Positions 15,584-30,030 of a stretch of DNA of 64,000 nt are shown here, piece after piece. The notes beneath the pieces were generated by a model. It was not told where the DNA came from. It saw only the letters and a list, made by a program, of their open reading frames with translations, and ran no database searches. The stretch lies in assembly GCF_009914755.1 (NCBI RefSeq), contig NC_060947.1; one strand, written 5' to 3'. The DNA comes from the human T2T-CHM13v2.0 reference genome, Homo sapiens. Position 1 is the first letter of the stretch; the number at the start of each line of letters is the position of its first letter. Made by a program: the position numbers and the translations under genes.

Positions 15584-16403
15584 AAACAAGTTCAACTTTT
15601 CTTTTTCAAGAAATAAGGACTTGAAAAAACTTGGACTCACATTACTTTGAAGGCTAGTTCTGCAGTCAATCATGTGACAAGATGAGCATTGCTATTGTTG
15701 GTGTAAGATAGTCTTGCTCTGCCTTCGTTTCTTGATGTCCCCAAGTTCCAGAAAACTCTGTTCTCTGCCATAATGGGAGGTCACTGTGTGCTGTTTGATT
15801 TTAGAGTCAAATAAGTTTTCAGCACATGGTCAGCTTGAGAGACAGTTTGCCCTCAATTGGCTTATTGGTTTGTACAATTCTTGGCTCCTTCAAGCAGGGT
15901 CCTGCCATCTGAGCCCACTCTGTGGGATTATGGGATACCTGTACTTGCCAGGAAGTCCTGGCCTCAAGCTGATTCATCACTGGGTAGCACATGACGCCCA
16001 GATGAGAGGGGGGCATTTTTAACCTCAATGGCATGAAAATTTCCTGAAATCAAAAGGACAGAGATTGGGAGTTCCTGGGGAGCAGCAGCAGCAGCAATGT
16101 CAAAAGTAGGATCAACCAGAGCTTAGAATATTCCTACACCAACTTTGCAAGTTGTTCATTGATATGTGGGTTGCTGGAAGAAAGTTTCCAGCACTGCTGG
16201 GTCAGCATATAAACAAGGAAAAAAGGGTGTGTTGATGGCCCATTTCAAAGGGAACCAGTCTTGCTAATGGTAGAGGGTATAAACATTTTTCTCCTTCAAA
16301 ACTTAAAAGATTTTGTTGTATCTTTTCTCTAAAAGAAACATCTTTCTAAAATGTCAAATTAGAGCAAAGAGTGATAACAATTTGGACTAGAAAAAGCAGC
16401 CTC

Positions 16404-17045
16404 ATTAAGATATAATTCATATACCATTCAATTAATCCATTGAAAGTTTACAATTCAATGTGTTTTAGTGTTTTCACAGAGATGTGCAACCATCACCACA
16501 ATTAATTCAAGAACATTTTCATCACCCTCAAAAGAAACCCTGTACCCATTAGTAGTCAGTCCACATTCTCCCTTCCTTCCCCTAGCCCTAGGCAACCACT
16601 AAGCTACTTTCAGCCTCTATGGACTTGCCTATTCTGGATATTTCGCATAAATTGAATCATACAATATGTAGTTTTCTGTATCTGGCTTCTTTCACTTAGC
16701 ACGATGTTTAAACGGTTCATCCATGTTATAACATGGATCAGTACTTCATTCTTTTTTATGGATGATAATATTATACTGTACAGCTAGACCACATTTTACT
16801 TATCCACTTACCTGATGATAGACATTTGGGTTGTTTCTACTTTGGGCTACTACTATGAGTAGTGTTTCTATGAACATTCCTGTTCAAGATTTTGTACGAA
16901 TCTCTGTTTTCAATCCTCTTGGGCATATATCTAGGAGTGGAATTGTAGGATCATATAGCTACTCTATGTTAGTTTTTCATAACAACTTCACTGTTTTACA
17001 TTCCCACCAACAATGTATGAGGGCCCCAATTTCTCCACATCACTT
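16404..17045 (-). mobile_element. L1MB-type 3' fragment
   Basis: tgtgcaaccatcaccacaattaattcaagaacattttcatcacc...tatctaggagtggaattg...ttcccaccaacaatgtatgagg. Confidence 0.85.
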
Positions 17046-18545
17046 TGAGCTTTTTAAAGTCAACTTTTCAAAGCTAAAAGTGATGTTTTAGAATATTGAT
17101 ATATCTATTAGCACAAGGCTATAATTATATGCCTCACAGCTCTTGTATAGTGTCAAAACAGTCCTTTAAAATTCACAGAAATATTAAGCAATGTGTTATG
17201 CATTGCTAAGCTCACTTGTGCTCCAGCACACCAAGTCATCCAGGCTCTAGGTTGGGTGATGCCTTCAGAGAGTTCTAGTCCAGCCCTCCACCCAAGCTTG
17301 AATCCACCCTGCAGATCCATTCGGGAGATCATTCCCGAGACCCTACTATGCTCTGAACACTCTGGGGCTACAGCCACATAAAAGACATGTTTCCTTCTCT
17401 CACAAGAATTTACAGTCTAGAGGAGGAATCAAATGCTAGACAAATACTTCCTGCCAAGGACCTGGGGAACACAGAGGGAGCACCTGTACAGAAGGCTCTT
17501 CCTATGTACCTTGTGGGGTTGTTGGAGCGAGCCAGTGAAATGCTCTGTGTAAATTGTCAAGCCCAGTGTCTGGATCATAGCAGGCACCCAAAGATAGCTG
17601 TTATATTCCTGTATAGAACTTTGCATTTTACCTATGAGGAAACTGAGTCCTAAAGTTTAAACAGCTTTCCCAGAGCCCTGTAACTCATGACTGAGAAGCC
17701 AACCTTTCTGTTTCAGGTCCTGCTTGTTGGGCTCCAAAGCCTTGGCTATACTGACATCTAGGAGGCCAGCCTTATTAACCTTGCCCTGCCTGTCTCCAGA
17801 CTGGGCTCTTCTGCTTCTCCCAGGTCTGGTTTCCTGGATCAAGGCATCCTACTTTATTCATGTCCTAGCATAACACTAAGATTGTTAGTGGTATACAGTA
17901 ACTAGTAACAGTTAGCTAGTCCCTAGTACAGCAGGGTGATCTGCTCTAATTGCAGCCAGAAGTGGTCATGACTGATGACAGTGGCTTGAGGAGTCTATTG
18001 CTGGTGCAGCATTCTCTGCCTATCAGCAGCCCCACATTTCTTCCCAACATCCAGGCCGGAAGTCTGGAAAGTAGGAATGGCCTTAGCCTCCTGGTCTGTA
18101 TTCAGCTGGCCATCAAGCCATGCAAAATTTCCATGAAGATGCTGCCTTCCGATTGCTTCTTCTCCATTCCCATATGGCCCCTGTACCACAGTTTTGTCTA
18201 CAGAAGTTTATAAGCATTTGCCATGAGCAAAGTATTTTGTTGGGTTTTCTGGTTGAGAGCCACCTGAGATAAATGATCCCTGGTTTCAGGCTCATAGGGA
18301 TAGCAGAATAATAAGAATCCAGAGCTAGGTGTCCTCTAAATGCCAAGAGCCAAGGACTGCTCTGGGCTCAGGATCTCAGGATGTTCCAGCTCTTATTCAT
18401 CATAATGAGAGATGATCAGTCCCTCACCACAGAAGACTAAGCAGGCCCAGAAGCTCAAAGTAACCAGCAAGTATGGTCTGCTGTGGAAATGGGCCAGTCT
18501 CCACTGGCATCTTCACCTTGCCTGCAGAAACATTTTTATCCCCAA

Positions 18546-18963
18546 TGTATTAGTTTGCTAGGGCTGTCATAACAAAATATTAAAACTAGATGACTTAAGC
18601 ATCAGAATTGATTGTCTCACAGTTCTGGAGGCAGAAGTCCAAGATCAAGGTGTGTCAGCAGGGCCACACTTCCTCTGACAGCTCTAGGGAAAGACCTGTT
18701 CTAGGCCTCTTTCCTTGGCTTGAGGCAGCAGAGCTCCAATCTTTACATAGTGTTCTCTCTGTGTGCATGTTTCTGTGTCCAAATTTCCCCTTTTTATACA
18801 GACACCAATCATATTGGATTAAGGGCCCACCCTACTCCAGTAAGACTTCATCTTACCTCATTATATCTGCAATGGCCCTATTTCCAAATAAGATCACATT
18901 ATGAAGTACTGGGAGTTAGAATGTCAACATATTAATTTGGAGGACATAATTCAATCCATAACA
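18546..18963 (-). mobile_element. MLT1 (ERVL-MaLR) solo LTR
   Basis: Starts tgtattagtttgctagggctgtcataacaaa; contains tctcacagttctggaggcagaagtccaagatcaagg; ends ggacataattcaatccataaca. Confidence 0.88.
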
Positions 18964-21620
18964 TCAACATGCATGTTTGAAGATAGACTTGAATTACTCT
19001 GCCATCAACATTATCTTCACCCAAGTAGATGTGTTCCATTCTTCTGCAAGCTCATTTGAAAGCAGGAGTTCTTTTGGCTTTTCTTTTCTTTGAGGGCCAA
19101 ATTTCACCCTTGAAAAATGATGGCTCTAATATTCAATGTCTTCTGCCTTAACCCCAAATCTGCCCAATAGTCTGGAGACTCCAGGTAGGACATGATGGCC
19201 TCACCTCAGAACTTTTCTTGGGAATGCCTGAACCACACCTCACCCTATCCAGGCAACAGAGGAAGAAGCTATTAGGATGAGGGACAGACTCAGGCATGTC
19301 CAGCAACTTACCTGGAGTCACTAAGAGTACAGCTCAGAAACAGGCACAGAGCTTGACTTCACAATGCAGCTCACCTTTGGACGTTCCAGGCTGAAGCCCA
19401 AAGTTGTTTCTGCCCCTTAGTTCATTTTTCCTCTGATTTGGTGAGGGTTGTGGGACTCAGACACCTTTGAGCTTCTAAAGATTTCAGCCTTTTGGGGTTG
19501 CTCAATCAATATCCACATACTCCTCTTCCTTTCTTGCCAGGTGCCTTTGATTTGGTTCCTCATTTACTTCCTGTCATGCCTAGAGTCAGGTGGCAGCAAG
19601 GTAGATCTAGCTCCAACTGGCACTTTGAGATGGGCATTAGGGATCCAGCAGGGTCCATGGTCTGGGAGCTAAAGGTCCCAGATAAGCAAGAGGTCGTAGA
19701 TAATGTAAGGAGGGGTAAACCAGTGATAACTCTGGGGTTACTGGGGTGCCTTCAGAGCCCAGCACAGAGGGTCTTTGCTCTCTTTCATATCTTCTTCTGG
19801 GTATGGGTGGCTAAGGGCTCCCAGGTGTGTACTTAGAGCCTGATGTGGGAAAAGAGACTGCCCACAGGCCTCTGTTTCTGTGACTAAGGTGTGAGTACAG
19901 TACTCACTCCACTCCACTTCCTGGGTCCACAAGTAACAAAGCCATAGAGCAACACATGTCCCTGGAACAACCATTTACTTGAGGACGCAGGCATTTTTTC
20001 CTATATTAAAGCAAACATGGATGTAATATAAAATCGAAAGTTGAAGACCCACAGATTTATTTGACTAAACTCCAAATTGCATGTGGCAGATGGCTTTGGA
20101 GTTCCTCTTTATCCCTGGATTGTTCATGAGTGAGAAACATTGCTGAGGATTTGGTTTCTTTCTATCAGAGGCATAGGCTTCCTGGGCAGGTGCTCATGAA
20201 CATTGCCATGGGAAGATGGTACACAGCCAGGCATTTGGATGCAAAAGGTGGCTTACTCCTGCTTTGGACAGAAAGGTCTGCTTAAGGGCTATTTCATAGG
20301 CTTGGATTCATGTAGAGGGAAAGAAGAAACAAAGCTGTGTCCACAGGCTAATGTGCTGAGGTTGTGAGATACCTTTCAACTTGGACCAAAGTCAATGTAC
20401 AGGCAGTGATCCCTCTCCAGTGTCCCTTCCATTGGCCCTGCTTCCTGGGTCCAGCCAGTACCTGATGAAGATTGTGGTGGTGAGGGAGTAGGCAGCTACT
20501 GCACACCAGAGAATTGAGCCTTTGTGTAGGAAGTTTTGGCCACTACCTCACCAGTCCCCTTTACATTGGCTCCGGGTGTCACAAAGGGGGAAGGCATAAA
20601 ATCAATAGAGTGGAGTCTTTGAAAGCCAAAGCAGCATTTTAAACCTTTTTTCTTTAGGGCTGAATGGGCAGCTTGCTTGAAGTTGATAGGTTTTGTGTTG
20701 CCAGTCCTATAATGAGATCTGAGCTTCCATCCTCCAGAGAAGCTGGAGATGCTGGGCCTATCTGGATGAGGGAGTTAGTGATGGCCTCAGCAGTATCAGA
20801 GGCCTCTTTTTTTTCTTCTTCATTTGGGTGCATTGTATATCATGCCATTTTATCTTTACTGGGATGTCTCTAGACCCTCACATTTGTATGAGGTCACTCC
20901 TGAGGCCTCAGGCTTGGCCCCTGAAGCACCCAAGAAATATTTGGGTGGGAATTGGTTTTTTTTTAAATAAGAAAGTCTGTACAAACATCAAAAGTTGATT
21001 GAAAAAATAGTGCTATGTAGGAAAGGTCCCAAAAGCAGTAAGAAGAATTGATGTCCCCCTGCATCTGGACCCTGAAGTCCTTTTGGAATAGCAGTTAGTT
21101 TCTTACTTGGGAAAAATTAGATTCACAGGAAGTTGCAAACACAGTAAAGAGGCCCCCCTGTACCTTACATCTAGTTTTCCCCAGTGGTTACAACTCATAT
21201 AACAATAGTGCAATATCAAAACTTGGAAATTGATATTGCTACAGGTTTCCGTATAAAAATTTTAAAAATTTATAAGAAACATTTTCTATTCTAAAATATA
21301 AATTTTTATATATAAATTTTTGATATAAACTTTCATGTCTCTGGGATAAATGCCCAGGAGTACAGTTGCTGAGTCATATGGAAGTTGCATGTTGAGTTGT
21401 GTAAGACACTGTCAAACTGATTTCCACCAGCAGTAAATGAGTGATCCAGTTTCTCCACTTCCTCACCAGCATTTGATGTTGTCATTGTTTTTTAGCTTAG
21501 CCACTCTGTTAAGTAGGTAGTGGTATCTCATTGTGGTTTTAAATTGCATTTCCCTAATAGCTAATGATGTTGAACGTCTTTGCATGTGTTTACTTGCCAT
21601 CTGTATATCCTCTTCAGTGA

Positions 21621-21942
<322 letters not shown>

Positions 21943-23057
21943 CTTCTGCCCGTTTTCTAATTGGATGGTTTGTCTTCTTACTGTTAAGTTTTGATATTCT
22001 TTATACACTCTAGATACAAGTCCTTTGTTAAACATAAGGTTTGCAAATATTTTCTCCCAGTCTACAGCTTGACTTTTCATTCTATTCACAGGGTCTTTCA
22101 CAGGGTCTTTCACAGAGCGAAAGATTTTATTTTTGATGAAGTCTAGTTTATGAATTTTTCCTTTTATGGGTTATGCTTTTGGTGTCACGTCTAAGAAAGA
22201 ACTCTTTGCCTAGCTCTAAATCCAGAAGATTTTCTCCTATTTTTCCTAAAACTTTTATAGTTTTATATTTTAAATTTAGCTCAGTGATCACTTTGAGTGA
22301 ATTTTTGTGTAAGGTATAAGGTATAGATTGAAGTTCATGTTTTGCCTATAGATATTCCAGAACCATGTGTTGAAAAGGCTATTATTCCTCCACTGAATTG
22401 CTTTTGCACTTTTGTCAAAAATCAGTTTGGCGTATCTACGTGAGTCTATTTCTAGGTTCTCTGTCCAGTTCCAATTATCTGTCTGTCCCTCTGCCATTAC
22501 TGCACAGTCTTGATTAATGTAGCCCTATAATAAGTCTTTAAATCAGGTACACTGGTTATTCTTCTTTTTCACAATTGTTTCAGCCCCTCTACTTCCTTTC
22601 CATAAAATTTTGGAAAAATCTTTTTTATATCTACAAAAAATCTTACTTGAATTTTGATAAGAATTGGTTAAACCTGGATGTCTATTTGGGAGAAGTCAAT
22701 GTCTTTACTATGTTGAGTTTTCCAATCTATGAACATGGTATATTACTCCATTTCTTTAATTCTTTGATTTCTTTCATCAGTGTTGTGTAATTTTCAGTTT
22801 ATACGTCCTGTACATGTTTTCCTTGATTTACACGTAAGTGTTTTTTGAGCAATAGTATATGGTATTGTGTTTTCATTCCGATGTCTGTGTGTTCATTGCT
22901 AGTATACAGGAATGCAATTAATTTTTATATGTTGATCTTGTATCCTGAGAATTTGCTGAACTCATGTATGAGTTCTAGCAGTTTCTCTGTAGATACTTTG
23001 AGATTTTTCAGATAGACAATCATGTCAACTGCAATCGTTTTACTTCTTCTTCTTCCT

Positions 23058-26000
23058 TGTTTTTTTTTTCTACTTTTTAAAAAAAAATTAGGTCAAGGGG
23101 TACATGTGCGGGTTTGATATATAGGTAAATTGCATGTCACAGGGGTCTGGTGTACAGGTTATTTTGCCACCCACGTAATAAGCATAGTACCTGATAGGTA
23201 GTTTTTTGATTCTCACCCTCTTCCCTCCGTCCACCCTCAAGTAGGCCTCAGTGTCTGTCGTTCCCCTCTTTATGTCCATATGTACTCGATGTTTACCTCT
23301 GACTTGTAAGTGAGAACATGCAGTTTGTGGACTTTTGTTCTTTTCACTTAGGATAATGTCCACCAGCTCCATCCACATTTATGCAAAGGGCCAAAGGACA
23401 TGATCTCCTTTTTTTTTTTTACAGCTGCATGGTATTTCACAGTGTATATATACAACATTTTCTTTATCCAGTCTACTTTTGATGGGCATTTAGGTTGATT
23501 CCATGTATATGCTATTGTGAATAGTGCTGTGATGAACACATGCGTGTGTGTGTCTTTATGGTAGAATGATTTATATTCCCTTGGGTATATACATGATAAT
23601 GGGATGGCTGGGTCAAGTGTTAATTCTGCTTTGAGTTCTTTGAGAAATCACTAAACTGTTTTTGTTCTGTAGATGTCTATTAGTTCAGTTAGTTATATAT
23701 TCCCACTAGTAGTGTATAACTATCCCCTTTCTCCACAACCTCTTTTTTTTTTTATGTTTTAGTAATAGCCATTAAATGTCTGGGGTGAGATGGTATCTCA
23801 TTGTGATATTGATTTGCATTTCTCTAATGATTAGTGATGTTGAGCATTTTCTCATATGCTTGTTTGCCACATGTATGACTTCTTTTAAAAAGTATCTATT
23901 CGTGTGCTCTGCCACTTTTTAATGGGGTTATTTTTGCTTGTTGATTTAAGTTCCTTATAGATTCTAGATATTAGACCTTTGTTGGATGCATAGTTTGAGA
24001 ATATTTTGTCCCATTTCGTAGGTTATCTGTTCACACTGTTGATAGTTTCTTTTGCTGTGCAGAAGTTCCTTAGTTTAAATAGGTCTTATTTGTCAATTTT
24101 TGGGTTTTTTTGCAATTGCTTTTGGCATCTTTGTCATAAAATCTTTGCCAGAGCCTATATGCAGAATGATATTTCCTAAGTTATCTTCCAGGATTTTTAT
24201 AGTTTGAAGTATTACATTTAAGTCTTTAAACCTCCTGGAGTTGATTTTTCTATATGGTGTAAGGAAGGGGTCAAGTTTCAATCTTCTGCATATGGCTAGC
24301 CACTTATCCCAGCACCATGTACTGAATATGGAGTTCTTTCTTCATTACTTGTTGTCAACTTTGTTGAAGATCAGATGGTTGTAAGTGTGCAACATTATTT
24401 CCGGGCTCTCTATTATGTTTCACTGGTCTATGTGCCTGTTATTGTACCAGCATCATGCTGTTTTGGGTACTGTAGCATTGTAGTACAGTTTGAAGTTTGG
24501 TAACATGATGCCTCCAGCTTTGCTCTTTTTCCTTAGGATTGCCTTGACTATTTCAGTTTCTTTTAGGTTCCATATGAATTTTATTTTTTTTTCTAATTCT
24601 CTGAAGAATGTCATTGTTAGTTTGATAGGAATAATATTGAATCTGTAAATTGTTTCAGGCAGTATGGCCATTTTAACAATATTGATTCTTTCTATCCATC
24701 AGCATGGAATGTTTTTCCATTTGTTTGTGTCATTTCTGATTTATTTGAGCAGTTTTTTTTAGCTCTTGTTCTAGAGATCTTTCACCTCCTTGGTTAGCCA
24801 TATTCCCAGGAATTTTTCTCTTTTTGTAGCTATTGTGAATGGGATTACATCCTTAATTGGCTCTCAGCTTGGATGTTGTTGGTGTATAGGAATGCTACTG
24901 ATTTTTGAACATTGATTTTATATTCCGAAACTTTGCTGAAGTTGTTTATCAGATCAGGTAACTTTTAGGCAAGAATATGGCATTTTCTAGGAATAGAATA
25001 ATATCGTCTGCAAATGGATAATTTGGTTTCCTCTTTCCCTATTTGGATGCCCTTTATGTATTTCTCTTGCCTGATTGCTCCTGATAGGACTTCCAATACT
25101 ATGTTGAATAGAAGTGGTGAGAGAGAGCATCTTTGTCTTGTCCCAGTTTTCAAGGGGAATACTTCCAGCTTCTGCCCATTTAGTATGATGTTGGCTGTAG
25201 GCTTATCATAGATGGCTCTTATTATTTTGAAGTATGTCCCTTCAATGCCTAGTTTGTTGAGATTTTTTAACATGAAAGGATATTGAATTTTATTGAAAGC
25301 CTTTTTATATCTATTGAGATGATCATGTGGGTTTTGTTTTTAGTTCTGTTTATGGGATGAATCACATTTATTGATTTGCATATGTTGAACCGACCTTGCA
25401 TCACAAGGATAAAGCCTACTTGATCATGATGAATTAGCTTTTTGATGTGCTGCCGGATTCAGTTTGCTAGTATTTTGTTGAAGATTTTTGTATCTATATT
25501 CATCAAGAATATTGGCCGTAAGTTTTCTTTTTTGTTGTGTCTCTGCCAGGTTTTGGTATCAGGATGATGTTGGCCTCACAGAATGAGTTATAGAGGATTC
25601 TTTCCTCCGCAGTTTTTTGAAATGATTTCAGAAGGAGTGGTACCAGGAATTACACATCTGGTGGAATTTGACTGTGAATCCATCTGGTCCTGGGCTTTTT
25701 TCTGGTTGGTAGGATTTTTATTACTGATTGTATTTCAGAACTCATTATTGGTCTGTTCAGGGATTCAATTTCTTCCTGGTTCAATCTTGGGAGGTTGTAT
25801 GTTATCAGCAATTTATCCATTTCTTCTAGGTTTACTAGCTTTTGTGCATAGAGGTGTTGGTGTAGTCTCAGGGGATTTTTTGTATTTCTGTTGGGTCAGT
25901 GATAACATGCCTTTTGTCATTTTTTATTATATTTATTTGGATCCTCTCTCTTTTTTTCTTTATTAATCTATCTAGTGGTCTATCTGTCTTATTAATTCTC

Positions 26001-28991
26001 TGAAATAACCAACTTCTGGATTTTTCAATCTTTTGTATGTTTTTCACATCTTTTCCCTCAATTCAGCTTTGATTTTGGCTATTTCTTGTCTTCTGCTAGT
26101 TTTGGGGCTCATTTGCTCTTGTTTCTCTAGTTACTCTACATCTCCTGTAGTGGCGATGTTAGGTTGTTAATTTAAGATCTTTCTAACTTTTTGATGTGGA
26201 CACTTAGTGCTATGAAATTCCCTCTTAACACTGGTTTAGCTGTGTCCCAGGGATTCTGGTATGTTGTATCTTTGTTCTCCTTAGTTTCAAATAATTTGTT
26301 GATTTCTCCCTTAATTTCATTATTTACTCAGAAGTCATTCAGGAGGACGTTGTTTAATTTCCATGTAATCATATGATTTTGAGAAATTTTTAGCATTGAT
26401 TTCTTTTTTTATTGCACTGTGATCCAGGAATATGGTTGGCATGATTTCAGTTTTTTTGAATGTGCTGAGGATTGTTTTATGTCTGATTGTGTGGTGGATT
26501 TTAGAGTATGTGCCATTTGCAGATGAGAGGAATGTATATTATGTTGTTTTGGGGTGGAGAGTTCTGTGGATATCTGTTAGGTCCATTTGGTCAAGTTCTG
26601 AGTTCAGGTCCTAAATATCTTTGTTAGTTTTCTGCCTCGATGATCTGTCTAATACTGCCTGTGGAGAGTTGAAGTCTCCCACTATTATTGTGTGGTTATC
26701 TAAGTCTCTTTGGAGGTCCCTAAGAACTTGCTTTATGAATCTGATGCTCCTGTGTTGGGTGCATATGTATTTAGGATAGTTAGGTCTTCTTGTTGAATTG
26801 AGGCCTTTACCATTATATAATGCTCTTCTTGTCTTTTCTTATCTTTGTTGGTTTAAAGTCTGTTTTGTCTGAAATAAGAATAGCAACCCCTGGCCAGGCA
26901 CGGTGGCTCACATCTGTAATCCCAGCACTTTGGGAGGCCAAGGCGGGTGGATCATGAGGTCAGGAGTTCAAGACCAGCCTAGCCAAGATGGTGAAACCCC
27001 ATCTCTACTAAAAATACAAAAAATTAGCTGGGCATGGTGGCAGGCACCTGTAATCCCAGCTACTCGGGAGGCTGAGGCAAAGAATTGCTTGAACCTGGGA
27101 GGTGGAGGTTGCAATGAGTTGAGGTTGTGCCACTTCACTCCAGCCTGGGCAACAGAGCGAGACTCTGTCTCAAAAAAATAAAAGAATAGCAACCCCTGCT
27201 TTTTTGTGTTTTTTGTTTGCTTGGTAGATTTTTCTCTATCACTTTACTTTGAGCCTATGGGTGTCGTTGCATGTGATATGGGTCTCATGAAGACAGCATA
27301 CCATTGGGTCTCACTTCTTTACTCAACTTGGCACTCTGTGCCTTTCAATTGGGGCATGTAGCCTATTTACATTCAAGGCTAGTATTGATATGTGTGCATT
27401 TGATCCTGTCATCATGTTGTTTACTGGTTATTATACAGGATTTTTTGTGTGGTTGCTTTATAGTGTCACTGGTCTATGTACTTAAGAGTGCTTTTGTAAT
27501 GGGTGGTAACAACCTTTCCTTTCCATATTTAGCACTCCCTTCAGGATCTCTTGTAAGGCAAGTCTGCTGTTAATGAATTCCCTTCACATTTGCTAGTCTG
27601 AAAAGGATCTTATTTCTCCTTCACTTATGAAGCTTAGTTTGGCTATAAATAAAATTATTGGTTGTAAATTATTTTCTTTAAGAATGCCGAATATAGGCCC
27701 CCAATCTTTTCTAGCATGTAGGGTTTCTGCCGAATGGTCTGCTGTTAGCCTGATGGGGTTTCCTTTGTAGGTGACCTGCCCCTTTTCTTTATCTGCCTTT
27801 AACATGATTTTTTTTTTTTTCATTTCGATCTTGGAGAATGTGATGACTGTGCATCTTGGGGATGGTCTTCTTGTGTAGTATTTTCAGGGGTTCTCTGTAT
27901 TTCCTGAATTTGAATGCTGGCCTGTCTAGGTAGGTTGGGGAAATTCTTGTGGACAATATCCTGAAATATGTTTTCCAAATTGTTTGCTTTCTCTCCTTCT
28001 CTTTCAGGGATGCCAATGAGTCATAGATGTGATCTTTTTGTATAATCCTATATTTCTCAGAGGTATTGGTCATTCTTCTTTATTGCTTCCTCTTTATTTT
28101 TGTCTGAGTTATTTCAAAGAGCCAGTCTTCAAGCTCTGAGATTCTTTCCTGAGCTTGGTCAGTCCTGCTGTTAATACATTCAGTTGTATCCTGAAATTCA
28201 TTAAGTGAGTTTTTCAACTCTCTCAGATCAGTTTGGCTCTTGCTTAAGATGGCCATTTCGTCTCTCATTTCCTGTATTGTTTTATTGTATTCCTCAGAAT
28301 CCTTGGATTGAGTTTTGACTTTTTCCTGAATCTTGATGATCATCATTTCTATCCATATTCTGAATTCTATTTCTGTCATTTCAGCCATTTCAGCCATTTC
28401 AGCCTGGTAAAGAACCATTATGGGGAAGTAGTGTGGTCACTTGGAGGTAACAAGACACTCTGGCTTTTTGAGTTGCCAGAGTTCTTGGCCTGGTTCTTTC
28501 TCATCTTTGTGGGCTGAAATTCTTTCAGTCTTTGAAGTTGCATTCCTTTGCATGTTTTTTTTTTCTTTTTTGATGTCCTTGGGGGTTTGATTGTGATATA
28601 AGGTGAGTTCAGTTGGCTGGTTTTGTTTCTGGGAGATTTTAGTGGGGCAAAGCTCAGCTCAGGACTTCTGGGCTGTGTGTTCTAACTCTGAGGGGCTGGT
28701 ATCAAGTCCTCAGTTTTGTTCTCTGGCCCTTCAAGGTTAGAAACCTGCTGTGCTGAAGGGGCTGAGGTGTTCCTGGACTGCTGGTCACAACACTGCAATG
28801 GATGGTGCCAGCCAAAGCACTCCATCGGACAGTAGCAGCAGGATCCATGCTCATTCACATGTGCCAGCAGCAGTAGCAGAACGGCAGGGTGCACTTTCTT
28901 TGGTTGGGGTGGGTGCCGGTAGGTGCAGGGGTTGCCAGCCTCCATGCAGATGTTCACAGTGTCAGCGATGGCAATGTGGCATGGAGGCAGC
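23058..28991 (-). mobile_element. Older primate L1 (L1PA14-15/L1PREC2-like): 3'UTR, degraded ORF2 and ORF1, partial 5'UTR
   Basis: ORF2/ORF1-like ORF-track fragments ([39 protein letters not shown]). TSD tacttcttctt at 23041-23051 and 28992-29002, followed by ttttaaaa. Confidence 0.85.
26892..27181 (+). mobile_element. AluS (Sg-like) inserted in the L1P endonuclease region
   Basis: Full Alu. Perfect 16-bp TSD aagaatagcaacccct at 26876-26891 and 27182-27197. Confidence 0.95.
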
Positions 28992-29294
28992 TACTTCTTC
29001 TTTTTTAAAATGTGTGCATTTTATTTCATTTTCTTGCCTTATTGGACTAGCTAGAGCTTCCGGTATTATGTTGAATATCAGTGTCAAGAGCAGATAGCCT
29101 TGCCTTGTTGCCACTCTTAGAAGGAAAGCAGTCAGTCTTTAACCATGAAGTGTGATGTTAACTGTAGATTTACTGTAAATATTCTTTATCAAGTTAAGGA
29201 CATTCCCCTCTGTGCCTGGTTTTTATCATGAATGAGTGTTGAATTTTGTTGAAGGCTTTTTCTGCATCACATAATAGGATACTATGATTTTAAT

Positions 29295-30030
29295 TATTTT
29301 TTTGAGATGATGTAGATTCAAATGAAGTTGTAAGAACTAATACAGATAGATGCTATGTACTCTTCAGCCATATTCCCCTAATGATAACATCTGGTGAAAT
29401 GATCATACAATATCACAAATGGGATATTGACATTGACACAGTCAAAATACAGAACATTTCAATCACCATGGGTAGCTCTCATTTTGCTCACATATAGACA
29501 TATCTACTTCCCTTCCATACCCACTCTCTCCTTAATCTCTGGAAACCACTAATCAGTTCTCCATTTCTATAGTTTTGTTATTTTAAGAATGTTACATAAA
29601 TAGAATAATATAGTATGGAACCTTTGGGGATGGTCTTTTTTTTTTCACTTACAATCATTCTCTACAGATTCATCCAGGCCGTTGCTTGTATCAACTGTGT
29701 ATTTCTTTGTATCGCTGAGTAGTCTTCCATAGTATACATGTACCATCATTGAAGCATTACTGAGTTGTTTCCAGTTTTTTACTATTATGAATAGTGCTAC
29801 CACAAACACTTATGTGCAAGTTTTGTGTCAACACAAGTCTTTATTCCTCTGGGATAAATGCCCAGGAGTGCAATTACTGGGTCATATAGTTGCTGGATAT
29901 TTAGTTTTTAAGGAAACTGCCAAACTGTTTTCCAATGTGGCAATACCATTTTACATTCCCACCAGCAATGTTATGAGTGATTCAGTTTCTCCACATTCTT
30001 ACCAGCATTTGGTGTTGTCACTATATTTTT
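29295..30030 (-). mobile_element. L1MC-type 3' fragment (nested)
   Basis: gtagattcaaatgaagttgtaagaactaatacaga...gatattgacattgacacagtcaaaatacagaacatttc. Confidence 0.7.

Noticed and set aside
15818-15834. REST/RE1-like ttcagcacatggtcagc
   Set aside because: The spacing is one base short of canonical and the right half-site is mismatched.
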